DNA of 64,000 bases, taken from IMG/VR virus record IMGVR_UViG_3300046501_000246; one strand, 5' to 3'. The stretch's first letter is position 1. Every line of letters starts with the position of its first letter. Below, piece by piece: positions 38,943 through 48,821 of the stretch. The notes beneath the pieces were generated by a model. The model was not told the origin of the DNA, did no database searches, and saw only the letters and a program-made list of their open reading frames with translations. A program made the position numbers and the translations under genes. The stretch comes from a virus.

Positions 38943-39204
38943 CTACCAATCCCCATCCTCATCATCTCTCTTACCGGCATAAGCACTGAAATCATCGTCA
39001 TCAGTATTGTTAAGCTCTTCCATAATCGCAGCATATTCGTCCAAAATGTCTGCTTCGCGCTTCGTAACTGGATTACCCATTGATTTCGTTCTCCTTGATC
39101 AGTTCTTTAAGTTCTTTTTGGTAGATTTCGTTGCCTGTCGTATCGTACTTGTGGCAAAGAAAATCTATAATACTTTCAAGTTGGTCTTTTTCTGCGTTAG
39201 CCAT
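38943..39204 (-). CDS. Two tiny CDS (43 aa and an acidic 45 aa)
   Basis: Hand-translated 39073-39204 (MANAEKDQLES...) and 38943-39080 (MGNPVTKREAD...), overlapping starts/stops, aaggag RBS. Confidence 0.6.
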
Positions 39205-39586
39205 AAACTTCTACTAAGTTCCTGATTGCTGTTTTGATGTAGGTGTCGATTTTTGGGGCACGTGTGGGAAGTTCAGAGAGGCCAGTGCCTAGGCCGTCGA
39301 GCGGGACGATGACTGTACCCTTATGGTCGAGATGGCTATAAACCATTTCCATGTCAGCAAGGTAATTCTCTTCAAACAGATCGAAGTCATCATCGCTGAA
39401 AAAGCTGTTATCATATTGAGATGGGAGTTTCTTTGTCGCGATGCCAACGGCATTTGGTTCGCCTCGCATTTCTTTGGCCTGTCCACCCATGCCTTGTCGC
39501 TTAAGGTTGTCTCCGAAGAGATATAGGACGAAGGGGTTAGCTTGAAGATCGGCACGGTAAATGAATTTTTGGTAAATTACTGGCAT
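39197..39586 (-). CDS. Conserved phage protein with an FGDN..G.GGQA..R..PNA.GI.TK motif
   Basis: 129 aa; Gly-rich loops, GLGTG. Confidence 0.7.
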   Translation of the reverse strand: MPVIYQKFIYRADLQANPFVLYLFGDNLKRQGMGGQAKEMRGEPNAVGIATKKLPSQYDNSFFSDDDFDLFEENYLADMEMVYSHLDHKGTVIVPLDGLGTGLSELPTRAPKIDTYIKTAIRNLVEVYG

Positions 39587-39986
39587 TCAATTACTTCCGC
39601 AATTTTGTCAGAATTAATTACAAAAACACCAATCCCGTAAGCCTTGCTCAGTGGAATAATTGTGCTGTCAAATTCGTAGTTATGAGTGTCGAAATCTACG
39701 CCTGCCACAAGCTCTCTGGTTTCATCAGCAAACACGTCAGCCTCTCCTTCAATATCGAACGGCGAGGAGACATACGAAAACACCCCGTCCTTAGTAATCA
39801 TTCTCAGCACTACGTAATATTTCATTCCGACTTTTCCTCATTTTCAATACGTTTAAAACCGTGAACGGCACAATCTTTGTGATACCGTGCCACTATCTTA
39901 CCGTCTGGTCTGATGAAGTCAATAGCTTCGGAGGCTTTAATGTTCCCTTGAACAGGATCACATGTGCAAATTTTTTCTTCAGTCAT
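39577..39986 (-). CDS. Two short hypothetical CDS
   Basis: 39577-39825 and hand-translated 39822-39986 (MTEEKICTCDP...HKDCAVHG). Confidence 0.6.
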
Positions 39987-40000
39987 TATGTTCTTTTATC

Positions 40001-40052
40001 TTGACAAAGTGATTATGCCATGATATCTAGCACAAAATTTAAAGAAAGTCAA
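40001..40052. promoter_or_regulatory. Symmetric bidirectional promoter sharing one -10 hexamer
   Basis: Plus TTGACA 40001-06, N17, TATCTA 40024-29; minus TTGACT 40052-47, N17, TAGATA 40029-24. Confidence 0.8.
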
Positions 40053-40060
40053 TACCTTAA

Positions 40061-40285
40061 ATGATTTTAGCATTTAATAATTTCCAGTGGATTCCCTTCT
40101 TTGAAATTGTCGAAGAGTATGGAGTCTCTGGCCGCGTCATGACTGAACCATGCCCCGTAACCGGCGATCCTATTATTCACGACATAGAAATTGACGAAAT
40201 TTGGGACATGGAACAAAATAAGAACTTGACAAAAGTCGTTGGGCATGATTATATAATCGAGCATTTAAATAATCTTATATTGTAG
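40061..40285 (+). CDS. Hypothetical protein
   Basis: 74 aa. Confidence 0.65.
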   Translation: MILAFNNFQWIPFFEIVEEYGVSGRVMTEPCPVTGDPIIHDIEIDEIWDMEQNKNLTKVVGHDYIIEHLNNLIL

Positions 40286-40292
40286 GTAATTA

Positions 40293-42404
40293 ATGATTTC
40301 TAATAACGCGTTAAGTGCCGACGTGATTGTTCACGGCGCGGCAGACACAGGCAATTTTTCCATCGACGCAAATGGAAAAGCATTCAAAATCCTAATCGAC
40401 GGCCTTTATTCCAATAAAATTCAAGCCATCATCAGAGAGCTAAGTTCAAACGCTTATGACGCTCAAATTGCAGCTGATCGTAGCGACTTCGCTTTCGAGG
40501 TTCAGCTTCCCAATCTCCTTGACCCTATTTTCTCGGTTCGAGACTATGGCACCTCATTGTCTCACGAAGACATTATGGGCCTTTATACCACCGTGTTCCG
40601 CAGCACGAAGGAGAATACGAACCTAGCGATTGGCAAGTTTGGCCTCGGATCGAAGACGCCTTTTGCTTACACCGATAGCTTCACCGTCACTGCGTTTATG
40701 CGCGGCACGAAGCGTGTCTATGGTGCTTACCTTAATCCTCAAGGCATTCCTCAAATCTCGCTCATGATGTCAGAAGACACAAACGAGCTAGATGGCTTGA
40801 TGGTATCGTTCCCTGTCAACTCTAAGGATTGTGAACGCTTCAGGCAGGAGATGGAGCGCGTCTTAGAGGGTTTCGACGTTGTTCCCAACATCCGTGGCGG
40901 CGAGGTAAAACTCAAAACGCGTGGCGAGCCTTTTTATACCGGTTCAAATTTTGAAATCTTTAAAGGCGTCGGCAAGGCCCGCGCCAAGCAAGGTTGCGTA
41001 ATTTATCCCATTGATACTGATGCCTTGGGCAAACTGACCTATGCTCAGAGGGATATTTTAACATCTAATATTCTCATTGATTTTCCTATAGGGCAACTCG
41101 ACGTAACGCCGAGCCGTGAATCTCTCAGCTATGACGACGCAACGATTCAAAATATCGTTGATATGGCTGATTGTGTCAGTGAAGAAATTACCAAGGACTA
41201 CAAGGAAAAGTTCTCCAAAATCAAGACGATGCATGAGGCGCGCTGCTTTGCTGCTGAGCATCAACATTCTGTTATTGCATGTGTCAAGAGCTATATCGCC
41301 CATCTGAGATTTAACGATAAGCCGGTTAACGTGGCATCAGCAATGAATCGCGACAGGATCAGACAAGTCTACAACGTCGCGATTCATTATACCAGCGCTT
41401 ATGATTTTAGAAATAAAAACCTTAAATTTAGTGAGAAGGAATACACAACTAAGTGGAGTGTCGATAGTGATACTATGTTCTTGGTTGAAGATTATACCAA
41501 AGCTAAAAAAGTTAAATTAATTAATGCTAGGGTCAAAAATAATATCGGAGACCACGATAACGTTGTCTGGATCAGAGACTATGGTGCAAGTCCTGAACAA
41601 TTAAGAAAATTAAAAAAGCTTTTAGGTTATCCGCCGAAGTTCTACCGCCTAGAAGATTTCAATCTTCCTGAGCGCGAAAAGCCCGATCCATCATCTTATC
41701 TGCCAAGGATTAAACATAGCGAGGTAAGAGTTGTCGGCTTTGGGATAGGTGATGCTGTCCTAGACCTGAAAAACTTAACGCCTGACACTCGTTATATTAT
41801 TACACACAACGGAAGTTTGTGGGTAGACGAGTCTTACGATAAATACGTTTACAACCACACAATACATAACCTGTTCGAAGATAAGACGAATATTTTTGTT
41901 GTCAAGCAGAAGTCTCTTAATAAGGTCAAAGCGGCTGGCGTGACAAACGCGCTGACCGAGGCTCGCGACGAATTGGCCAAGGGTCTAGATTTCAAGTCTT
42001 TTGTTGAGAAAAGCAATCTAGAAAAGGAAATGAATCATTGGCTCAAAAATTACGCCGAAGAATTAAGCGTTTTAGAATATGAAAATGATACTTCATTCAA
42101 AAAAGTGCTTGACTTTATGCGTAGATATGCTAAGAGCGAGGATGAACAAACAGAGAACGCGAAAAACATTCTGCTTTGGCAGCAACTTGTCCCGCCCCAA
42201 GTTTATAGCGAAAAGATAGCTGAATTCACGATAGAAGTTTCTTCTGATGAGGCCCTAAAACATTGGGTCACAAAGATCAAAGAAGATTATCCGTTGATCG
42301 ACAAATACATTATTTCCTATGATGACGGCACGTTCTTAAATAATTTGAATAATATTTTTAATTATATTAAAATGGTAGATAGAGAGAATGAGCAACATGC
42401 ATGA
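40293..42404 (+). CDS. rIIA: RIIA-like protein (GHKL ATPase N-terminus)
   Basis: LIDGLYSNK..AIIRELSSNAYDA, RDYGT, STK..GKFGLGSKTPFAY, PSRESLSY; directly upstream of rIIB. Confidence 0.88.
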   Translation: MISNNALSADVIVHGAADTGNFSIDANGKAFKILIDGLYSNKIQAIIRELSSNAYDAQIAADRSDFAFEVQLPNLLDPIFSVRDYGTSLSHEDIMGLYTTVFRSTKENTNLAIGKFGLGSKTPFAYTDSFTVTAFMRGTKRVYGAYLNPQGIPQISLMMSEDTNELDGLMVSFPVNSKDCERFRQEMERVLEGFDVVPNIRGGEVKLKTRGEPFYTGSNFEIFKGVGKARAKQGCVIYPIDTDALGKLTYAQRDILTSNILIDFPIGQLDVTPSRESLSYDDATIQNIVDMADCVSEEITKDYKEKFSKIKTMHEARCFAAEHQHSVIACVKSYIAHLRFNDKPVNVASAMNRDRIRQVYNVAIHYTSAYDFRNKNLKFSEKEYTTKWSVDSDTMFLVEDYTKAKKVKLINARVKNNIGDHDNVVWIRDYGASPEQLRKLKKLLGYPPKFYRLEDFNLPEREKPDPSSYLPRIKHSEVRVVGFGIGDAVLDLKNLTPDTRYIITHNGSLWVDESYDKYVYNHTIHNLFEDKTNIFVVKQKSLNKVKAAGVTNALTEARDELAKGLDFKSFVEKSNLEKEMNHWLKNYAEELSVLEYENDTSFKKVLDFMRRYAKSEDEQTENAKNILLWQQLVPPQVYSEKIAEFTIEVSSDEALKHWVTKIKEDYPLIDKYIISYDDGTFLNNLNNIFNYIKMVDRENEQHA

Positions 42405-43374
42405 ACTAGGTTTTATTCTGACCGCAAAAGGCGTCCTTTTGTTTTTTGACGGTAAGTCAGTACCCGTTGATAAGACACATCTTTATTTCGAAGACATTGT
42501 TACCGAACTGAAGAAGGGTCACGGCAATTTTGATGTGGCCCGCGTCAAGGAACTTTCAAATATTCCTGAGACGATCAAAGGTAAACTCTTTGGCGACGTG
42601 ACTGTCACAGATGGCCAGATTTACTACAAGAACAGACCGCTTCACAATACTTTGACCACTAAGATGATTGAAGTCATGAGAGAAGGTTGGGACATTGCCA
42701 TTTGGGCTAACTTCTTGAATAATGTGATGAAGAACCCTTCACAAACTGCTATTGACGAACTGTATCTGTTCCTTGAAGCGGCGCAAATGCCTCTAACATC
42801 AGATGGTCACTTCCTAGCATTTAAGAAGGTAAATAATGACTATACCAGTATTTACGACAACAAAACAGATAACAGTATTGGCTCAAAGCCTTCTATGCCT
42901 CGTGAAACGGTCGATCCCAACCGTAATTCTACTTGCAGCCGTGGTCTACATTTTTGTGCTCATAGTTACTTAACTCATTTTGGTGATGCCTCAAAATCAC
43001 GTGTTGTTGTCGTTAAGATCAATCCCGCTGATGTTGTGGCTATCCCTTCGGATTATGCTAATGCCAAGGGCAGGGCTTGGACCTACGAAGTCGTAAGCGA
43101 AATCGATAATCCCGGCGACGGCGAGCGTGAAAAGCGTTTTGATGTTGCGGTAGATGATTCGTGGGATGCGCCAGAGGAAGACACAGCTGAACTAGCTCTT
43201 GGTGATACTCCTAGTGATCTTCTCTTTGGCGACATTTACACGGCACAGGAAATCCTTGACAAAGTGAATGAAATCGGTTCTATCAGGGGTGCGGGTCGAG
43301 CCCTCAGAATTGCTAAATCCACATTTGGCGATTGGGTCAAGAAGGCGAAGGAAATCACTTCACAGGAGGATTAA
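42388..43374 (+). CDS. rIIB: RIIB-like protein
   Basis: ELYLFL, LTSDGHFLAFKKV, CSRGLHFC, INPADVVAIP.DY..KGR..YEV. Confidence 0.88.
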   Translation: MSNMHELGFILTAKGVLLFFDGKSVPVDKTHLYFEDIVTELKKGHGNFDVARVKELSNIPETIKGKLFGDVTVTDGQIYYKNRPLHNTLTTKMIEVMREGWDIAIWANFLNNVMKNPSQTAIDELYLFLEAAQMPLTSDGHFLAFKKVNNDYTSIYDNKTDNSIGSKPSMPRETVDPNRNSTCSRGLHFCAHSYLTHFGDASKSRVVVVKINPADVVAIPSDYANAKGRAWTYEVVSEIDNPGDGEREKRFDVAVDDSWDAPEEDTAELALGDTPSDLLFGDIYTAQEILDKVNEIGSIRGAGRALRIAKSTFGDWVKKAKEITSQED

Positions 43375-43758
43375 ATGAAATTTCGTTACAAGGTTCTACT
43401 AGGTGTGGCGGCTATCATGGCCGTCACCTACGGCGTGAGATACATATATGTAGCTGCGACGACAACCACAGTCACTGACACGTTCACGCGAGACAGTGAG
43501 CGTGTCTGCTCCCAAGACGATGCTCAGAAGTGTAAGTACATCGCATTTGGGCAGAACGAAACTTACGAAAATACCGATGAATGGGTTTTCCTAAAATATA
43601 ATTCTTCGGACGTAAATCGTTTTCTCGTTAAAGGCGCGACATGCACCATGAAAGTTTATGGTAAGCGCATCAAGTGGCTGTCTTGGTACAGAAACATTAT
43701 CACGGCGGATTGCGCCGATCCTATTAAATTTAGAATAGAGCCTAAACTAAATAAATGA
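43375..43758 (+). CDS. Membrane-anchored protein (DUF1523-like)
   Basis: N-terminal TM; ENTD..KYNSSDV..VYGKR..LSWYRNII. Confidence 0.65.
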   Translation: MKFRYKVLLGVAAIMAVTYGVRYIYVAATTTTVTDTFTRDSERVCSQDDAQKCKYIAFGQNETYENTDEWVFLKYNSSDVNRFLVKGATCTMKVYGKRIKWLSWYRNIITADCADPIKFRIEPKLNK

Positions 43759-43772
43759 GCGCTTCGGCGCTC
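43757..43772 (+). terminator. UUCG hairpin, weak terminator
   Basis: gagcgc-ttcg-gcgctc with a poor U tract. Confidence 0.4.
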
Positions 43773-43800
43773 CCTTCCCGTTTCAAAATTAAGAAAAATT

Positions 43801-44937
43801 ATGATTTATAAAACTTTATATCACCGCGACAATAATGATAATATTCGCATCTGGTTCATGGAGCAAGAAGGTTCAAAATTTCGAACCCACTCAGGCATTG
43901 AAGGCGGCAAGATCGTCATCTCTGAATGGAAACAGGCAAATGCTAAGAACGTAGGCAAGACGAATGCCACGAGCGATGAGAGCCAAGCCACAGCTGAAAT
44001 TGAAGCTCTCTATCAAAAGAAGTTGGATCGCAAATACAGCCTCACGGCTGACACGGCTCAGCGATCAAACTTTGTCCAGCCCATGCTAGCCGATAAATTT
44101 CACGAAATCAAAACTTTTAAAACGAAGAAGACTTGGTTCCTTCAGCCAAAGTTTGATGGCCTTCGTTGCGTCATGGATGAAGATGGCGGCACGTCCCGCG
44201 CCGGTAAGCCTTTCCATACCGTGGAACACCTTGTCACCGATCTGTCTGAAGCCGCATTAAAATATAACGTCACATTCGATGGCGAACTTTATAATCACGA
44301 TTACAAAGAAGATTTCGAAAAAATCGTTTCTCTGGTCAAGAAGCAGAAGCTTTCAAGCCTTAGCGAGGAAGAACTACAAGAGATTGCGGAAAAAGTCCAG
44401 TTCCACATCTACGACGTAATTTTTTGGGACGATTTGGAACGCCCGTATCGAGACAGATTTGATTTTCTTGAAGAGATTTTTGAAGAAGACTTTTTAGATA
44501 TTAAAAATATTAAACTATGTAAGACTATTCAAATCGATGGCCTTGATCTTGAAAGAACACAGCAGGCTCACGACAATTTTTTTGCTGATGGTTATGAAGG
44601 ACTGATGCTTCGTGACGCTGATTCCCCTTATGAATTCAAGCGCTCAAAAGGCCTTCTAAAATATAAAAACTTTGACGAAGATGAATTTGAACTTTTAGAT
44701 ATCATTGAAGGTCAAGGCAATTGGAGTGGCGCTGCCAAAGCAGTCGTTGTTAAAACTCCTCACGGAGAATCCGAAGCCGGTGTTGCTGGCACCTATGAAC
44801 GCAATAAAGACATTTGGGAAAACCCTAAAAAGTATATCGGCGGACAAGTTACCGTTAAATATCAAGGGTATACCAAAGACAATAAGTTGCGTTTCGGTGT
44901 AGTCAAAGCTTTCCATGAAGGCAAAAGAGATTACTGA
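43801..44937 (+). CDS. lig: ATP-dependent DNA ligase
   Basis: PMLA, QPKFDGLRC, DGELY, FHIYD, YEGLMLR, RSKGLLKYK, VKYQG. Confidence 0.92.
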   Translation: MIYKTLYHRDNNDNIRIWFMEQEGSKFRTHSGIEGGKIVISEWKQANAKNVGKTNATSDESQATAEIEALYQKKLDRKYSLTADTAQRSNFVQPMLADKFHEIKTFKTKKTWFLQPKFDGLRCVMDEDGGTSRAGKPFHTVEHLVTDLSEAALKYNVTFDGELYNHDYKEDFEKIVSLVKKQKLSSLSEEELQEIAEKVQFHIYDVIFWDDLERPYRDRFDFLEEIFEEDFLDIKNIKLCKTIQIDGLDLERTQQAHDNFFADGYEGLMLRDADSPYEFKRSKGLLKYKNFDEDEFELLDIIEGQGNWSGAAKAVVVKTPHGESEAGVAGTYERNKDIWENPKKYIGGQVTVKYQGYTKDNKLRFGVVKAFHEGKRDY

Positions 44938-45260
44938 TGTACGGATTAGAAAAAATAACAATACACCAATATCAATACGATGACATGCAACGAAAGATAG
45001 CCAAGCTAAAAGCTCTTGAAGATGCTGGCGTCCAAAATTGGGGCATGTACACCATTGCCTTGGAAGAATGGCAGAAGAAAGTCGATATTGAAGATTCGAT
45101 TCAGACCGCAATCGATGATGTTAACGATCTACTGACTGAAGCCGATATTGATCAACCTGCTGGTTCGGGTTGCGGTTATGCCATTTCTTATGACGAAAAA
45201 GCTATGGCCAAAATTCTTAATTCATTTTATGAACGCCATTCAAAATTAAGGTTACTATGA
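44937..45260 (+). CDS. Hypothetical protein
   Basis: 107 aa; LEDAGVQNW..Y. Confidence 0.7.
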   Translation: MYGLEKITIHQYQYDDMQRKIAKLKALEDAGVQNWGMYTIALEEWQKKVDIEDSIQTAIDDVNDLLTEADIDQPAGSGCGYAISYDEKAMAKILNSFYERHSKLRLL

Positions 45261-45742
45261 CTCAATATTACGCGGGAATCGGGAGCCGTCAAACCCCTGA
45301 CGAGGTTATAGAAGAAATGAGAACCATCGCCGCTATTTTGAGAGAGAACGGTTATGTTCTCAACTCAGGAGGCGCTGATGGAGCCGATACAGCATTCGAA
45401 GATGGTGCAGGCGATCAGAAGCAAATCTTTCTGCCATGGAATGGTTTTAATGGCAGAGAAGACGGTATTGTGGCGGGCGGCAGAACTTTTGCCAAGAAGA
45501 TCGCAATGAGGGTCCACCCTTATTGGGATAACCTGACCCAAGGCGGGAAGAAACTGCATACCAGAAACGTTTGCCAAGTCCTCGGTAACGACTTTAAGAC
45601 TCACGTCGATTTTGTCGTGTGCTGGACTCCAGATGGCAAGCCGAGTGGCGGAACCAGAACGGCCATCGTCATTGCTGAAGAATATAGCATCCCTGTATAT
45701 AATTTAAAGAATGGGAAATTTCCCATTGACAAATTCCTCTGA
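45257..45742 (+). CDS. SLOG/DprA-like nucleotide-binding protein
   Basis: YAGIGSR.TP, SGGADGAD.AFE, GGTRTA. Confidence 0.7.
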   Translation: MTQYYAGIGSRQTPDEVIEEMRTIAAILRENGYVLNSGGADGADTAFEDGAGDQKQIFLPWNGFNGREDGIVAGGRTFAKKIAMRVHPYWDNLTQGGKKLHTRNVCQVLGNDFKTHVDFVVCWTPDGKPSGGTRTAIVIAEEYSIPVYNLKNGKFPIDKFL

Positions 45743-45753
45743 TGTGCTAACTT
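45710..45753 (+). promoter_or_regulatory. Promoter with an 18-bp palindrome overlapping the -35
   Basis: aatgggaaatttcccatt 45710-27; TTGACA 45726-31, N16, TAACTT (GCTAAC). Confidence 0.55.
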
Positions 45754-45790
45754 TTCCTTACATTCACAAAACGGAACAAGGAGACACGTC

Positions 45791-46655
45791 ATGCAGGAAA
45801 TCACTTATCGCGCCGCCCTTCGCAAGCTCATTCTCGCTGGTGGCAACATTATAGGCGCTACCTTCGTGAAGAAAGACGGCAAGATTCGTGACATGACGTT
45901 TCGCCGCAATGTCGCAACTCTGGTCAAGAACAATCCAGACAACGCTAAGAACGACAGCCGCGAGCGAGTACGTCGCGGTTCACTCATTACTGTTGTCGAG
46001 ATGGATGGAACGCAGGACAGGAAGTGGAAGACGGTTAATCTCCGCACCATGACTGAACTTCGGATCAATAAGGAAAGTTATAAAATTAAATGAACCAAGA
46101 ATACATTGACAATGTCGTGGAACAAGTCAAAACTGGTTATTGTGAAGGAAATTGGGACAAAGTTCTGAATCATTTTGGCGAAGAAGCCGCCGATGATCTT
46201 GACTTAATGGCCAAGTTCGATTATGACGAAGTTTACAAAAGAGGTGATGTAAAAGAGTGTGAAGTGTTTTACCACATCGCCTTCGTTCAACGGACGTTGA
46301 TTACGCTCCTGTTCGACATAGCCGAAAACGAAGAAGCTATGACGACTTACGTCTACCTAGAATATTGGGTTTATAAACTATTTGATAAGTGCTCAGGAGT
46401 GGATAAGGAACTATGGCTTCAATAATTAAAAAGACCGCAATCGTATGTGCCGACGTGATGGAATTTGAGGATTTGACTAAGTTCCGTCACAAAGAGGGAG
46501 TAGAAGAATACATTCATGTGGATACGCTTGCCGACCTAGAAACGATTGACATTCTTACAAACGCCGTCTACCTTAGATCGGCTAAAGATTTAGAAGAATT
46601 CACTCAGATCAAGGCGGCAATTGGTGCAAAAGGAGTATCGGAACGATGGCAGTAA
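45791..46655 (+). CDS. Three hypothetical CDS (first possibly SH3/WYL-like)
   Basis: 45791-46093 (FVKKDG.IR.M..WKTVNL), 46090-46425, 46413-46655. Confidence 0.65.
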
Positions 46656-47230
46656 AGCGCGCTAAGATCATCGAATCTAAGGATTTGAAGGTTGTCTTTA
46701 AATTGATAGATTCCACTAAGGATTATAAGACCAAGACGCGCGACAAGGTTGCTGTGCTTCTTAGTGTCAAAGCTGGTCTGCGCGCCGCTGAAATTGCTGG
46801 CCTCCGTTGGATCGATGTTACTAAGCCAGACGGCACTATTGCTGATGTCATGCATATCGGACACCATATCACCAAGGGAGGGAAGAAGGATCGACAAGTC
46901 CCAATTCATCCTGAGTTGAAACACTACCTTGAAATCCTCAGAAAGCAACGCCCTAACGATGAGATTATTCGATTCGGTGACTACAAGGAGACCATGACGC
47001 CGAATGCTATGACGGTTTGGTTCTCCCGCCTGTATCAAGCTGCTGGCCTAGAGGGATGTTCGTCCCACAGTGGCAGGCGTACCTTCATCACATCGGCGGC
47101 ACGGCAGGCAAACCTATACAACGCCTCGCTGCGCGATGTGCAGGACTTGGCAGGCCATGCCAGCTTGACCACGACAGAGCGCTACATCGATCCTAGCGAT
47201 GGCGTGAAGGCTCTGGTGTCCTCTCTATGA
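46646..47230 (+). CDS. Tyrosine recombinase, catalytic domain only
   Basis: GLRAAEI, KGGK.R.VP, HSGRRTF, LAGH..L.TTERY. Confidence 0.9.
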   Translation: MAVKRAKIIESKDLKVVFKLIDSTKDYKTKTRDKVAVLLSVKAGLRAAEIAGLRWIDVTKPDGTIADVMHIGHHITKGGKKDRQVPIHPELKHYLEILRKQRPNDEIIRFGDYKETMTPNAMTVWFSRLYQAAGLEGCSSHSGRRTFITSAARQANLYNASLRDVQDLAGHASLTTTERYIDPSDGVKALVSSL

Positions 47231-47726
47231 CAACGGCAGACGACATTCCAGTATTTGAATACGTCGAGACATTTGAGATCAGCGGGAGAGGGACACTTTA
47301 TTGTGGCCCTTCTCCTTTTGACGACCCGTTGCGTGTCATGGAATGGATCGGAACCAAGGTCATGATCGACGGCGAGATTCGCACGATTCGCGGCACTGAA
47401 ACACTCATGTCATTCATAGGCCCTAGAAAGGGAAGCCCTATCGGCCTGCTTTTTACTGCTGAAAATAAGGAAAATTTATGACTACTGTAACTATTAAAAA
47501 ATTTGATATTTTGGATAGCCTAAACGCAGCTGAAGATTATGGGTATTTCAAACCAATCCTCCTAGAAGAGCTGGTGAAATGGCACGGCCCTATCACTGTA
47601 GCAGAAATTGAATCCTTTGCCGAAAGCTATCTAGAAGAAGACGGCTATGGTGAAGACGACGTAGCGGCTGCTATCGAAAATATTACTTACATTTTTAAGA
47701 TGTATGGGAAAATTATTGATGCGTGA
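47227..47726 (+). CDS. Two hypothetical CDS
   Basis: 47227-47481 and 47478-47726. Confidence 0.6.
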
Positions 47727-48153
47727 TATTATTGTCGATCTAGACGGCACGGTAGCTGATTGCTCGCACCGTCAACATTACGTGCAATCCAAGCCTTCCA
47801 ACTGGAAAGCTTTCGAAGCCGGAATCCCTCACGATCCTCCACATCAGCATGTCATTGATTTGGTCAACACGCTTTATGCCGCTGGCTGGCGCGTCGTGCT
47901 TTGCTCTGGCCGTGGCGAGCAGTCTAGGGATCACACAGAGGAATGGCTGCGGAATAGGGTCAACTATCACGCTCTCTATATGAGAGCGAAGAACGATAGC
48001 CGCCGCGACGATATCGTTAAGATGGAACTGCTGGATCAAATCATTGCAGATGGATTCAATCCTAGCTTTGCGCTTGATGACCGTGACCAAGTCGTTGCGG
48101 CATGGCGAGCCAGAGGTATTCCCTGCTTCCAAGTCGCGCCGGGGAACTTTTGA
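47719..48153 (+). CDS. HAD phosphatase (T4 PNK 3'-phosphatase-like domain)
   Basis: VDLDGT, SGR, MR..D.R.D..VK, DDR..VV..WR..G..CFQVA.GNF. Confidence 0.85.
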   Translation: MRDIIVDLDGTVADCSHRQHYVQSKPSNWKAFEAGIPHDPPHQHVIDLVNTLYAAGWRVVLCSGRGEQSRDHTEEWLRNRVNYHALYMRAKNDSRRDDIVKMELLDQIIADGFNPSFALDDRDQVVAAWRARGIPCFQVAPGNF

Positions 48154-48401
48154 TGGCAGAAATTCCTCAAATTATTATGGAAGCTCTGGCACAAGTTAGC
48201 GACGATGTACCGGTGGCTTATAATAGCGATTGTCTCTATGTCCACGTCCTTAACGAAGACGAAACTGAATATACTGAAATGGGTTTTGGTCTTCACAATG
48301 AGCGTTGGCTACTTTACAGCTGCACCGAAAATATTCCTGAAGGCTGGTGGGAAACCATTCAACTGTACCTCATGAAACATCAATCTGATTGCGAAAATTA
48401 A
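48153..48401 (+). CDS. Hypothetical protein
   Basis: ATG 48153 overlaps the previous stop. Confidence 0.6.
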   Translation: MAEIPQIIMEALAQVSDDVPVAYNSDCLYVHVLNEDETEYTEMGFGLHNERWLLYSCTENIPEGWWETIQLYLMKHQSDCEN

Positions 48402-48405
48402 AAAA

Positions 48406-48732
48406 ATGAAAATGTACATCGCCGTACTTGACGAGTTTCCTGACTACATGGTCCCGACGCTTGTCGCGCACTCCGTGCTAAGTGCTCATCTAGAATTTCA
48501 AAACCAGCCTAGGTATAAGGGCTGGCTCAGCATGTCTTTCAAGAAATGTGTGGTCCGTGTTAATCAGCGCGAATTCGATAAGATTGCTGCGCTAGAGCAC
48601 GTCTACCTCGGTCACGAGAATAAGACTCTTGAGGGTCGCAAGGCTTGTGCCGTTGTGCTTCCTAATTTAGAGGAAGATGATCCAAACGTGCTAAAATTTG
48701 CTAAGTTGTGGAAGCCAAAAGTAAATGATTAA
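48406..48732 (+). CDS. Possible peptidyl-tRNA hydrolase (Pth2-like) phage protein
   Basis: MYIAV..AHS..W...SFKKCVVRV..; fold assignment is tentative. Confidence 0.45.
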   Translation: MKMYIAVLDEFPDYMVPTLVAHSVLSAHLEFQNQPRYKGWLSMSFKKCVVRVNQREFDKIAALEHVYLGHENKTLEGRKACAVVLPNLEEDDPNVLKFAKLWKPKVND

Positions 48733-48821
48733 ATGGTATTACGGCTTAGTTCTTAAGTCTAATAAATCTTTTAAAGAACTACTTAATGACGCGTTGAAGC
48801 GTTTAGAAGAAAAAGAAGAAC

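Noticed and set aside
46646-47230. Prophage or integrative element boundary at the recombinase
   Set aside because: No flanking direct repeats, host genes or repressor/antirepressor pair; gene style is continuous on both sides
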